DNA from: Zancudomyces culisetae HAW-14-8
Lineage: Eukaryota; Fungi; Kickxellomycota
DNA: 64,000 nucleotides
Direction of reading: 5' to 3'
NCBI GenBank assembly: GCA_052426225.1
Contig: JBNJNM010000007.1
Span: 186,001 to 250,000, forward strand
Numbering within the stretch: the stretch's first letter is position 1; each line of letters begins with the position of its first letter. A program made the position numbers and the translations under genes. The notes under the pieces were generated by a model. It saw only the letters and a list, made by a program, of their open reading frames with translations, ran no database searches and had not been told where the DNA came from. Below are positions 46,025 to 56,949 of the stretch, one piece after another.

Positions 46025-49000
46025 ATGGAGGCGCAGAAAGAGGGGCAATTTCGAATGACAATAAAGACGATATCAAAGGTAAAGCCAGGGGAAACAAGGT
46101 TTGATTTAATGGGAGATGCGGAAAAAAACAAGAAGCAGCAGCAGCAGGAAGAGGGAGAGGGAGAGGGAGAGGAGCGGGAAAGAAGGGCGAGGGCGAGGGC
46201 AAAATCAAGATCTCGATCAGGATCCCGACAGCGAAAAAGGGAGTATGAGGAGAGAGATAATGGCGAAAAGGAGTTGGGAAGTAAAGTCAGGGAGCCAAAA
46301 GCGGGAAAGGAAGGAGGGCTGACGATTCGGGGTATTTCTGGTGGAGCTGGGTCTAAACCGAGAGAAGGTTCACCAATGGAGGAGGGAGAAGATGAATATG
46401 GGGCGGTATATGGACGGGAATATAGATGGGAACGAAGAGAGAGGAGGTATGAAGAGTATTATAGTAGAAGGAGTAGAGAAAGTCATGAAATACGGAGAGA
46501 GTATGAAGACCGATACATTGAAAGCAAGAGTGGAAGAGAAAATGAAAAAGAGAATGAAAAAGGAAAGGAAAAGGAAAAAGAAAAAGAAAAAGGAGAAGCA
46601 GAAGGAGAAGTAGAGAAAGAAAGAGAGAAAGAAAGGCAAAGAGTGATAGAAATGGAAAAAGAAATGGAAAAAGAAAGGGAAAGAGAAAGAGAAAGAGATA
46701 GGATTAGAGATAGGGAGAGCAAAAAATATTACGCTACAGATGAAGATAGAGTGAAAGAGGGGTATAGAGATAGGTATCATGATGAGAGAGGAGTGGGATA
46801 TGATAGGGATCGGAGTTCAAGGAGATATGATTATGAGCTTTCTGAGAGTTCTTCGTATAGATATGGTTCAAGAGAGGTGCACTATGATAGGGACAGGGAC
46901 AGGGACAGGGATAGAGATAGAGGTAGAGATAGAGATAGAGATAGAGATAGAAATAAAAATAGAGATCGCGACAGATATCGCGAGGATTATTATGACCATA
47001 TGCGGCACGACTATTATTATCGAGATGAACGGAAAGAGCACAGAGGAAAAATAAAATATACGTATGAGCGGGGGGATTATGGAGGACGATCACCATATCA
47101 ATATGAACGAGGGTATTACGAACGTAGAGAGACATCCAGAGGACGGGAAAGATTTAGAAATCATGGAAGGGAAGATAGCAGAGATGTAGAAAGACGGAGA
47201 TCGCGGAAAGAATATGAAGGCGATAGGGAGGAGAGGAGAGCAAGAGAAAGGGAAAGAGAAAGGGAAAGATATGGACGAAGAGGGGAAGAGGAGGAGGTGC
47301 AGGAGGAGGAAGAACACAGAAGAAAAAGGTATATGCGTGACGAGGGTGGCAGAGAGGCTGATAGTGAGTATAGAAGACACAAGCGAGAGAGACGGGTGAG
47401 TGATCGAGTTAGTCCAATGGATGAACAGAGGAGAAGACTTTCGCTAGATAAAAGGGATGAAACGAAGGGGGAAAAGAGTGGAGGAGGAGGAGGAGTAGGA
47501 GGAGGTAGCAATTTACAACGACTTCTTCGTGAGCGAGAAGAGGTCAAGAGGAGGAAAGATGCAGCACTGGCAAGAGGAGAGGTGTATATAGAAGAGTCAG
47601 AAAGAGACAAAGCAAAAGAGAGGGAAAGAGAGGAGGAGAAGGAGCGGGAAAAGGAAAAGAAAAGAGAAAAGGAATTGGAGTTGGAAATGGAGAGAGAAAA
47701 GCGAGTCAAACAAAAAATTGCTGACGAAAAGAATAAACGTGAATCAATGAATCTAAACAATCAAGGCGTGGCAGCCGGAACTTCTATTGCTTATTCTCAG
47801 CAATTATCTCAGCTTCCGGTTCATACTGCGTTTTCTGCTCATCCAATTTCCACTATACAGCCTCGACCACCTCCTCCACTTCAATTACCATTATCATTAT
47901 CATTACCATTACCATTATCATTGCCAATACCACCTCCACCTCCGCCTCCACCACCATCTTCTCATTCTCACTCCCACTCCCACTCTCACTCTCACTCCTA
48001 CATGATGTCTAGTATGCATCCACCTCCATCTTACCATGGACATTATTCTTCTACTAGTTATCCGAGTTATCCGCATTCCACTCATACCCATCAACAAGGC
48101 GAGACAGTTTGTCATAGTAGCCATGGAAAAGTAGATGTAAATGAAATGGTGGTACAGGATTATAAAGATGGTGGGAGTGGTGGTGATGGTGGTGATGGTA
48201 GAGGAGATGCACCAGAAGCAGCAGGGTTGGGACCAGGATCTGCGAGTGTTGGGCGTGCTACATCAGCACAGGCATCTCAATTTCCCAGTCCATTGGTGAC
48301 AACTGGAGCGAATTCTGTAGTATTTGAAAAACTGAATTTGGTAGGAGAGGGAACATACGGTAAGGTATATAAGGCCAGACTGAGAAAAGAAGGAGACAGT
48401 GATAATGGGCAAGATAATATGGTCGCGTTAAAACGTATCCGAATGGATAATGAGAGAGAAGGACTTCCAATCACTACAATCCGCGAGATTCGAATCATGA
48501 AAGCACTAAAACACCCAAGTATCATTGATTTGATGCAGATTTTGTATATAGACGATGATATATACATGGTAATGGAGTATATGGAGTATGATTTGAGTGG
48601 ATTGTTATCGCACCCACGGTGGACTCTCAAACCCGAAAATGTAAAGAGCCTGGCATACCAACTGCTTTGTGGCCTTGAGTATCTCCACAATTTGGGAATA
48701 GTTCATCGAGATATCAAGGGATCAAACATTCTGTTGAATAGACAGGGAAACCTTAAGTTGGCTGATTTTGGTTTGGCCAGATGTACTACAACGTTTGTTC
48801 CTCCAAATGGTAAGGCAGGTAATGGTATTGGGCAAATGAATGGTTGTTCTGGAAGTGGCGAGAAAATTCGACTTTGCCATACAAACCGAGTTATTACTCT
48901 GTGGTACAGACCACCCGAGTTACTGCTGGGTAGTACGGCTTATGGTCCTGAAGTAGATATTTGGTCAGCTGGTTGTATTGTTGCCGAATTGCTTACCAAA

Positions 49001-49786
49001 CGACCTTTATTTCAAGGATCTAATGAAGTTACTCAGTTACATCAAATTTTGACTGTAATGTGCAAATCTAAATCTAAATCTAAATCTAAATCTAAACCCA
49101 AATCCAACTCTAAATCCAACCCCGACTGCAATAGCTATAGCTATAACAATAACTATAACAACAATAATAATAGTAATGATCCATGTAAAGATGGTAGTGG
49201 TAATGAGCACCATGAATTACATGAAAATGTTGCTAGTTGGCCTTCTTATTATGTAAATCTACCATGGTTTGATATGATAAACCCGTCGGCTACTTTTACC
49301 TTTCCCACAACTAATCCGTATAAAAATGTCAATAACAATAACAATACCATTACTGATAATTTCGATGGAGAAACCAACGACTACGGCGATTTTATTCAGT
49401 TACTAGTTCCTCTATTACCGCAACTATATACAAATTCCAATGTCAACAATGAAGCCAATAATAGCAACGGTAACAATAATAATAGCAACAGTAACAATAA
49501 TAGCAGCAACGGTAACAATAATAGTAGCAATAATAATAATAATAATAATAGTAACAGTAATAGTAATAGTAATAACAAGGATTACGAGGTGTTGAGTTTA
49601 ATGTTACAGATGCTAGATCTTCTGCCATATAATCGCCCATCAGCCAGCAAGTGTCTACAACATCGGTATTTTGAGGTGGATTATTTACCAGGGCCTATTC
49701 CACCTACTGACTTTCCAGTACTTGGGGATTGGCATGAGTATGAATCTAAAGCTGAACGTAGAAGAAATCAACATTATAATAAATAA
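46025..49786 (+). CDS. CTK1: RNA Pol II CTD kinase (Ctk1/Lsk1/CDK12-like) with a long RE/RD-rich N-terminus
   Basis: VGEGTYGKVYKA, VALKRIRM, GLPITTIREI (PITAIRE-like), HRDIKGSNILLN, LADFGLAR, TNRVITLWYRPPELLLG and C-terminal WHEYESK. Confidence 0.88.
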   Translation: MEAQKEGQFRMTIKTISKVKPGETRFDLMGDAEKNKKQQQQEEGEGEGEERERRARARAKSRSRSGSRQRKREYEERDNGEKELGSKVREPKAGKEGGLTIRGISGGAGSKPREGSPMEEGEDEYGAVYGREYRWERRERRYEEYYSRRSRESHEIRREYEDRYIESKSGRENEKENEKGKEKEKEKEKGEAEGEVEKEREKERQRVIEMEKEMEKERERERERDRIRDRESKKYYATDEDRVKEGYRDRYHDERGVGYDRDRSSRRYDYELSESSSYRYGSREVHYDRDRDRDRDRDRGRDRDRDRDRNKNRDRDRYREDYYDHMRHDYYYRDERKEHRGKIKYTYERGDYGGRSPYQYERGYYERRETSRGRERFRNHGREDSRDVERRRSRKEYEGDREERRARERERERERYGRRGEEEEVQEEEEHRRKRYMRDEGGREADSEYRRHKRERRVSDRVSPMDEQRRRLSLDKRDETKGEKSGGGGGVGGGSNLQRLLREREEVKRRKDAALARGEVYIEESERDKAKEREREEEKEREKEKKREKELELEMEREKRVKQKIADEKNKRESMNLNNQGVAAGTSIAYSQQLSQLPVHTAFSAHPISTIQPRPPPPLQLPLSLSLPLPLSLPIPPPPPPPPPSSHSHSHSHSHSHSYMMSSMHPPPSYHGHYSSTSYPSYPHSTHTHQQGETVCHSSHGKVDVNEMVVQDYKDGGSGGDGGDGRGDAPEAAGLGPGSASVGRATSAQASQFPSPLVTTGANSVVFEKLNLVGEGTYGKVYKARLRKEGDSDNGQDNMVALKRIRMDNEREGLPITTIREIRIMKALKHPSIIDLMQILYIDDDIYMVMEYMEYDLSGLLSHPRWTLKPENVKSLAYQLLCGLEYLHNLGIVHRDIKGSNILLNRQGNLKLADFGLARCTTTFVPPNGKAGNGIGQMNGCSGSGEKIRLCHTNRVITLWYRPPELLLGSTAYGPEVDIWSAGCIVAELLTKRPLFQGSNEVTQLHQILTVMCKSKSKSKSKSKPKSNSKSNPDCNSYSYNNNYNNNNNSNDPCKDGSGNEHHELHENVASWPSYYVNLPWFDMINPSATFTFPTTNPYKNVNNNNNTITDNFDGETNDYGDFIQLLVPLLPQLYTNSNVNNEANNSNGNNNNSNSNNNSSNGNNNSSNNNNNNNSNSNSNSNNKDYEVLSLMLQMLDLLPYNRPSASKCLQHRYFEVDYLPGPIPPTDFPVLGDWHEYESKAERRRNQHYNK

Positions 49787-49845
49787 TATATTATAACTTT
49801 TATATTTAATGTAAAAAAAATATAAATAAAAATAAAAATAAAAAG

Positions 49846-52800
49846 TTATGAAAATAAAATAATTAATATCAACAAAATTATTAATTGAAGGGAACCGAAT
49901 ATATACCGAGGACAAAATACCTTCCAAACAAATAAATGACGTTTGAAAACAGCTGCAAAGATCATTGAACTATAAGATACCAATATATTGAGTAGTCCAA
50001 ATTCAGTCAGGGCGACATTACTCATTGTAACTTTTGCATCATTCCAATTACTATCACTATGACTATGACTATTACTATCACTATTACTATCACTACCATT
50101 ATCATTACCATTACCATTATTATTATCATTACAACTATTTCCTGTAGTAATATCATTGGTATAGCTATACCCGTTGTTTCCAGAAACAAAAGTCAAAGCA
50201 GCTGAATAAAGTGGTAAGCTCAAGCATGAAATCACAGTGGTAACCAAAATCACACTGGAATACTGATTGACAATAACCCAAATTGGCGATACATAGAAAT
50301 TCATGGTCTTGAGACCAATATACGCAACATTCCATTGAATTGATGGAATGGTATACTGATGCCCACCACCAAAATAGTTCAAAGACATCGAATACGAAGC
50401 AATTGCGCTTACAATAGTCATAAAACCCGCCATGCTATTCGCCCCATTGCTCTTGCTGACAGATGAACGACAAGGAATTCGTATTCTGTCAAACACTAGC
50501 TTTGGCAACAGTATAAAAAGACTTGCAAGCTGTACACTTTGGATGATTCCTCCCATGGGCTGATTGGAAATATAACAAAGCATGAATACTGAAAATATTG
50601 CAAGTATTCTAGAGTCTTTTAGTTTTACTCTTTTATCAATCTCATCATCATGATCATTATTATGATCATTATTGTTATTATTATTGCCATTATTTTTGTT
50701 ATTGTTATTGCCATTATTTTTGTTGCTGCTATTGACATCATACCTTGGTAATGATTGTGGAATTTCAAATGTAACATTTTTTGAAACTCTTTTTCTTTTG
50801 CGTTTATCCAACTTTTTACCAAAAATATTCGTCTTTATCCATGTCCACCCATAACATATTGCTTTACCATCATCATAGTCACCATAATCATCATCATCTT
50901 TATCTTCACCGTTTTGAATAGATAAAACTGCAAATCCAACTGTTACCACCAAGAGCACTATCGACAATCTACCCAAATACAACTTTGTCATTTGCAGATT
51001 GCCCACTATAGCCGAACATGCCCATTTCCCAACGCCAAAACCTAGTTCTATGTACTTGTAAACATAATTGGTATTTGTTGTAATCTCCTCAATGTTTTCA
51101 TTTATTACCACTTTAAGATTCAATTTACTCTGACCACTAACTACAGAGCTTATTGATTCAATGGTTTGTGCTGTCCAATATAGCGATGAACTGACCATTA
51201 CTGCCGTCATCCCCCTCTGCAATATCTTGAACATTTTGTACTGGAATTTATAGTATTTAACCATTACCCCTTCAAGTAATGTTGGAAATATTACTGCCAC
51301 AAGTATGTTGGCTATACACAAATATATTGATGAAATGGTAGTATCATTGGACATACCACTACCACTGCTACTATTACTACTACTACTACCACTGCCATTG
51401 TTGCTGTTGCTGTTACTGTTGATTTTGGTATTAAAAATCCCGTAAAATGTGCTTTTACACTCTACTCCTTGCTCTTCACGACACATGGTGCTCATTGCCA
51501 CCAATCTGTTGACACCCATAAGAACCAACAACAATATCGGTATCCTTTTCGTATTTTTAATCCTCACCAGCACCACTATTCCTACTAGAGTCTGCAAAAA
51601 ATACAAACTCATCTTGTCTTCGTATACGGTAAAACTATTCGATGATAGTGCCAAGCAATGCATAATTGTCAACGTGAATGCCAGTACTGTTTCCACAAGT
51701 TGAGTCTGTAATCTTATTCCTTTTATTATTCTCACTATCTTTGTAAAGTCAAACATGCTCAAATTGGTTACGATTTGGCAGATTATCGTTACCATTGCCA
51801 GAATATAGCTGTTATTATCTTGAGATTTGAATATCCATACTTGTCCCTCATAAAGTATTGTTGTTATCACCACAGTCATCAAAATTACTATGATCATATT
51901 AACTGTCTGCCGCTTATTAATCACACTACCATTATTGCCTCTTCCATTTACAATAAAATCAACACTAGAATTAGTATTAGTATTAGTATTAGCATTAGAA
52001 TTGGTATCAGTATTAGCATCAAAGTTGAAGCAAATACCGGCTTTAACCACATTCGTCCTGTGATATACACACACTTGAACCAAAGTCACAATCACTAATC
52101 CCATAATCACCAATCCCAATCCTATCATTACATCATTGAACTGTGCCCAAAGCTTCCTAATATCACTCAGTACCAGCCGATTGTACACCAAATACTTTGC
52201 ACATATCTCAACCACCATCGAATTTACCTCTCCTGTATTATTATGTTCTGAGTTGATGTATTTTATATACATATTGTTTGCTTCATCATACATTTTTTGC
52301 CATAAATTGACCTTTTCTTTTGAAAAATGGTTATATGATACAATATAATTATGAATTTGCGCCGCGTTAAGCCGTAATGCATACAAATATCCCCATTCCA
52401 TATATTTTTTCCCATCCTCATCATGTATTTGAACCTGTCTACCGCTATACATCTCGCCAATAACACTCCCCAGACTGTTGAACGGAATTGGCACACCCAT
52501 CAGTGTGGAAATGGTTGGAACGATATCAATTTGCAACACACTTCGCAGAGGAGAGATCGCTCCTCCAGTATATTTTGCATGTCCATTATGTGCCCAGTTA
52601 TCTAGAATGTCGTCGTCTACTCTAAAAAAATCCACTTCTCTTTCCTTTTCTTTCTCTTTTACTTGCTCCTGTACTTTGTGTACTAATGCCTGTGCTCGCT
52701 TATATACCCTCTCTATATTGGCCTGTCCATCTTCCGACTTGAATGCCTTATTTGAATACATAAACAATGCTGCATCCAGCTCCTCGTCACTATCACCTCC

Positions 52801-53910
52801 GTGATCCCCCCAGTTATTCATTCCGTGATCTCCCATAACCACTAAAAGCGTGCGCTTATCAGATCGTCTATTTATCTCGTTAATAGTCAGCTCCAACACC
52901 TGGTTCATTTGCCCCAATTTTCGAATTATTTCTGGATGATCGGGTCCATACCTATGTCCCACATGATCAACACCCAACATATGTCCGATCATTACATCCC
53001 AATCTTGCTTTTCATCAGCAACTTTGGTACTTTCTACAGTTTCAAAATCTGGATGTTTCCATGTTGATTTTTGAACCACCAACTCTCTCCACTTTTCTAA
53101 TACTGCTTTGTCTTTTTTATCGGCTATAAACCCTGCCATTCTACTTATTACTCCATCATCAACTGAATCTAAATCCCACACATCCAAACTGGGAAACGGT
53201 CGAGAATACACCCATCCACTTTCTTCTGCCCGTTTCTTGATCTCTGTATTTACTAGTTCTTCGGGAAATACTCCCTCCCATGTATCATCACCCAAAAACA
53301 CAATTTTTGTTCCTTCCTTTCTACTAACCAATTGGTTTACCCAGTTATCTTCCTTAATAGCCGAACCGCCAAAATTACTACCCGCATCAACAAACGTAGG
53401 CAGTTGACCTGTCGTTAATCCCTTTAGTCTTTGTATCGTTGTTGTTGGTGGATCTGCCCTAAACCTAAACAGCATACTTTGACTGCTGTTATTCTCCAAA
53501 AGTTTTTCAATCGTTGTTAATCTATCGCGATACGGTCTTATCCGTCCATCCCCGCTTGCAAAACTACCGCCACTATTGATATTGTTTTGTAGGCTATTCG
53601 TATAATTATAGACGGCAAAATCTATACGCAAAGCGTCAATTATAAGCACAAGTACTCGGTCATACTCTTGGTCATACCAACTTGTGTTGTTTTTTGCTAA
53701 TTTACGCTCGGCGGCTTCAGTATTCCTGTTTAGTGGATTGTTTTCTCGTGTTGATTTGTTTGGTAATTCCATTCTGGTTAGCAAAAACCCTTTGGAAAAT
53801 ATGAATATCGAGATAGCCGTCAAAATAAACGTGTACAGATAAAACACCCTCCAAACCGTCCTAGCTTCGCCTTTTGCATTGTTTTTTCCATCTTTTTTTG
53901 TGTTACTCAT
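49846..53910 (-). CDS. GPI13: GPI ethanolamine phosphate transferase 3 (PIG-O)
   Basis: FSKGFLLTR, IIDALRIDF, ADPPTTTIQRLKGLTTG, GDDTW, HMLGVDHVGHRYGP, MGDHGM, GDHGG, QIDIVPT, many transmembrane segments and C-terminal RHLFVWKVFCPRY. Confidence 0.94.
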   Translation of the reverse strand: MSNTKKDGKNNAKGEARTVWRVFYLYTFILTAISIFIFSKGFLLTRMELPNKSTRENNPLNRNTEAAERKLAKNNTSWYDQEYDRVLVLIIDALRIDFAVYNYTNSLQNNINSGGSFASGDGRIRPYRDRLTTIEKLLENNSSQSMLFRFRADPPTTTIQRLKGLTTGQLPTFVDAGSNFGGSAIKEDNWVNQLVSRKEGTKIVFLGDDTWEGVFPEELVNTEIKKRAEESGWVYSRPFPSLDVWDLDSVDDGVISRMAGFIADKKDKAVLEKWRELVVQKSTWKHPDFETVESTKVADEKQDWDVMIGHMLGVDHVGHRYGPDHPEIIRKLGQMNQVLELTINEINRRSDKRTLLVVMGDHGMNNWGDHGGDSDEELDAALFMYSNKAFKSEDGQANIERVYKRAQALVHKVQEQVKEKEKEREVDFFRVDDDILDNWAHNGHAKYTGGAISPLRSVLQIDIVPTISTLMGVPIPFNSLGSVIGEMYSGRQVQIHDEDGKKYMEWGYLYALRLNAAQIHNYIVSYNHFSKEKVNLWQKMYDEANNMYIKYINSEHNNTGEVNSMVVEICAKYLVYNRLVLSDIRKLWAQFNDVMIGLGLVIMGLVIVTLVQVCVYHRTNVVKAGICFNFDANTDTNSNANTNTNTNSSVDFIVNGRGNNGSVINKRQTVNMIIVILMTVVITTILYEGQVWIFKSQDNNSYILAMVTIICQIVTNLSMFDFTKIVRIIKGIRLQTQLVETVLAFTLTIMHCLALSSNSFTVYEDKMSLYFLQTLVGIVVLVRIKNTKRIPILLLVLMGVNRLVAMSTMCREEQGVECKSTFYGIFNTKINSNSNSNNGSGSSSSNSSSGSGMSNDTTISSIYLCIANILVAVIFPTLLEGVMVKYYKFQYKMFKILQRGMTAVMVSSSLYWTAQTIESISSVVSGQSKLNLKVVINENIEEITTNTNYVYKYIELGFGVGKWACSAIVGNLQMTKLYLGRLSIVLLVVTVGFAVLSIQNGEDKDDDDYGDYDDGKAICYGWTWIKTNIFGKKLDKRKRKRVSKNVTFEIPQSLPRYDVNSSNKNNGNNNNKNNGNNNNNNDHNNDHDDEIDKRVKLKDSRILAIFSVFMLCYISNQPMGGIIQSVQLASLFILLPKLVFDRIRIPCRSSVSKSNGANSMAGFMTIVSAIASYSMSLNYFGGGHQYTIPSIQWNVAYIGLKTMNFYVSPIWVIVNQYSSVILVTTVISCLSLPLYSAALTFVSGNNGYSYTNDITTGNSCNDNNNGNGNDNGSDSNSDSNSHSHSDSNWNDAKVTMSNVALTEFGLLNILVSYSSMIFAAVFKRHLFVWKVFCPRYIFGSLQLIILLILIILFS

Positions 53911-54639
53911 TCTCTTTCTACCTTTTTTTTTTTTGCACCCTCACAAAAATTTCTATTTTTTTTTTTGAATGTATCTTTCTATTTTGGGGATGTTTATAAA
54001 TTTACACAGACCTTTGTTGATATATATGCGTAAAAATCTGTGTTAGTGTAAATGTGCGGAATATATATCATACAATTTATGGCTTTGATAGATGGGAGAT
54101 AGGTATATTAGCTTGTTTTTTTAATAGCCACAATCAAAAGAATCATTTTGTGTCTTCAATTGTCTCTTTTTTTTCACCCTTTCAATTTGCACCCCCCCAG
54201 CCAAAGCAATCTCAAGATCATCACTAAATTCTCCGTTTATTTCAAATCACACACTCCTGTTTTTCAGCGAATTGTTTTTTAGGCCAAACCAAAAAAAATA
54301 AAAAAAGCTAAACATAAACAAGGAGCCTAAAAATGCCCAACAGCCATGGATAAAACAAAACATCAAACCACAAGTTTCTCCTCCCCTCTAATCACACTAT
54401 TGAGCAAAAGCTACAATAATACACTCGTACCTCTGTCCAAATGTGTTGGTTATAGCAGATTGAAACACATAGAAATATTGTTATCTTGCATTTATTCTTT
54501 ATTAAAACATATTTTCTAAATGTGATTTACACTGGAAATTTTGATGCCTCAATATCCCAACTCCTCCCTCCTCTCACGAATAAAAAGATGAAACAAGGAA
54601 AGAAAAAAAATACCACTAAATTTTTATACCCATTACACA

Positions 54640-55940
54640 TTACCGTCTACCTGACTTTATATCCTCTTTTATGGTACTAAACATTTGCCTTTTGATGTTT
54701 TCATACTGGTTATCAGGAATGGTACTAAACACCAGGGGACAATCAGGTGCCTCAGACTTGTATAGGTTTTTGGGAGCCACTGATCGCTCAACACTACCTA
54801 AAGCTATGTCTCTAAATGCCGCTGAATTGTCACAAAACAGATTCAACGCGTTCGTATTATATGTATCAGTCAATCCCGCCAGTGATTTTAAAAATGACGT
54901 TTTGAACGAAGATTTTAAAAAGCCAAGCACCAAAAATATCTGGTCTTGAAAGGCTGTCCAGTTTTGAAACCGGATCTCCAGCTGAAATTTCCCGTCAAAG
55001 TCCCGAATTAAGGGGTGATAAACTTTGGTCATAAAATACAATTCTGGTGCCTTGTAGGGATATTCCTCGGGAAACTCTATCCTGAATTTGAACACACCGC
55101 CTTTCCACATATCTTGGTGTACAAAGAGCACGCCGTACCAAACTAAACATAAAAACAATTCAAAATATTTTATAGTTGACAAAAGTTTGTCCTAAATATA
55201 AATCTAGATCTAGATCTAAATTTAAATATATATATATTATACATTCATGAGTATATGTGTATGTGTATGTGTTTTTTATTTATAAATATACTTACTATCC
55301 TGGAAGCCCAATGATGGCATAATATATATTCCTGTAGGACAGACGCCTGGGTCTGAAAGATTTGCCCTAATAAAATCACACGAGTATTATTCTAATGTCT
55401 TGTAAATAACACAAAGCGTATTTATCCTTAATACATATTCATCAAAAAATATAGAGAAAATGATGTAAAAGTCAAAGAAAAGGAATATGGCGCTTACAAG
55501 TCTAGTTTGAGCATATAAAGTCGGAAAAAATTGGATATCGGCTTTGATTTTTGCACTGCTAGTGTAGATATGCAAAAATAGTTAGTATCTCCAGAGAATG
55601 TTACGACCACATTTTCACAAGTACAAAAGATAATAGATGGGATGAATGTCAATAGTTATTATCATATATAATTAATACCCTGAGTGCCCAAGGAGGTCGG
55701 ATTGTTGGTACGCTGAACGGAGTCTATTTTCTGATTTTTGCCTGGTTTCGAATTGTCGTTCTCGTATGCATGCCTTTCTAATGAGAGCAGTACGCCGCTG
55801 TCTTCGGAATTCTCTGTGTATAATTCCAGATATCTCTTTTTGAGCTTGTATGCGGAAGACTGCGTTGCATTTGGTCGAGAAATATGTTCAGTTGGCGACA
55901 TTTTGGAATCAACGGCCTTGAGAGGTGTTTTAGATTCCAT
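54640..55940 (-). CDS. AKTIP/FTS-like ubiquitin-conjugating enzyme variant (catalytically inactive); 4 exons (55940-55679, 55558-55498, 55366-55296, 55142-54640), about 298 aa
   Basis: The spliced model gives FFRLYMLKLDL...CPTGIYIMPS...IWYGVLFVHQDMWKGGVFKFRIEFPEEYP...YHPLI. The E2 catalytic Cys is absent (GKFQL), as in AKTIP/crossbronx. Confidence 0.85.
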
Positions 55941-56949
55941 TCCTTGAAAATCCTATAATTAGTTAATAATCAATACATTTAGCTCTGCTCATGTTTACAA
56001 ATGAAAATGAATTTACTGGATGATTTTCTTTTTCTATCAAGTAAAGGGATTGTACCTCCATCCTTCAATTCACTGTTGATTATAAACTTATTATAGTTGT
56101 CAAACGTCTATAGCTAGTGTGATTATTTCCCAGGCTTTACACTTTACCATAGAACTGGATCAAGTTGAGTTGATTCTAAATGACCAAAACAGCGATGATT
56201 CGCCTATTCAAATCGATACTTTCGCAATTGAGCTATTTTACGCCTTCAGTTCCCAGCACAAAATCTCTTGGATAAAAAACAAAACCCCGTGGTATTTAAT
56301 ATTTACTATTAACAAAAATCAAACGCGGTTGCTTCATCAATGCTTTTAAACAATTAAAGTTGCAACTTTGATTCTCTTTTTTCCTTTCTTTTTTCACTTT
56401 TCTCCCTTCTCTATTCGCTTTCAATTTGGTTTTTTGTCATTGCAAATTTCTCATCTATTTTTTTTTTCATTTCTTTTAATAGTACATTCAATATCTAAAA
56501 TAAATAAAATACATATAAATGAATTATTCAAAAAATGACCGAATTTCAAAAAATGTTCATAAAATTCCATTAGGAATTTTGATTTGCTCAAAAACAGGTT
56601 GACATCTTTGAAAAGGAGGCATAAATTATTCTCCAATGGTCACACTTAATTTTTTTTTCTACCACAGTAATTTGTGTAAATGTTTTGGAGAAAAAATGTA
56701 CATGAGCAGCACACATGACGAACAATTAACGCAAATTCCTAATCACAGAAAAAACGAAACAGAACGCGACTTTACTCTTGTAATATGCTTTTGTGATATA
56801 TAAAGTCACTCAACTATCGTATATAAACATCATTCGTACTCACACGCTCCAACACTCAGTGAATCTGTCCATATTTACGGTTAATTCGGTAATTTAATAT
56901 TTTTTATAGAACATTGTGAATAAAATAGAAAGAATATAGCCCACAAAGG

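Noticed and set aside
46116-48690. Many overlapping small ORFs within CTK1
   Set aside because: Products of purine-rich repeats read in other frames or on the other strand; no independent coding signal.
55198-55240. TCTAGA tandem palindrome and TA run
   Set aside because: A simple repeat inside an intron of the E2-variant gene, with no terminal repeats or target-site duplication to suggest an element.
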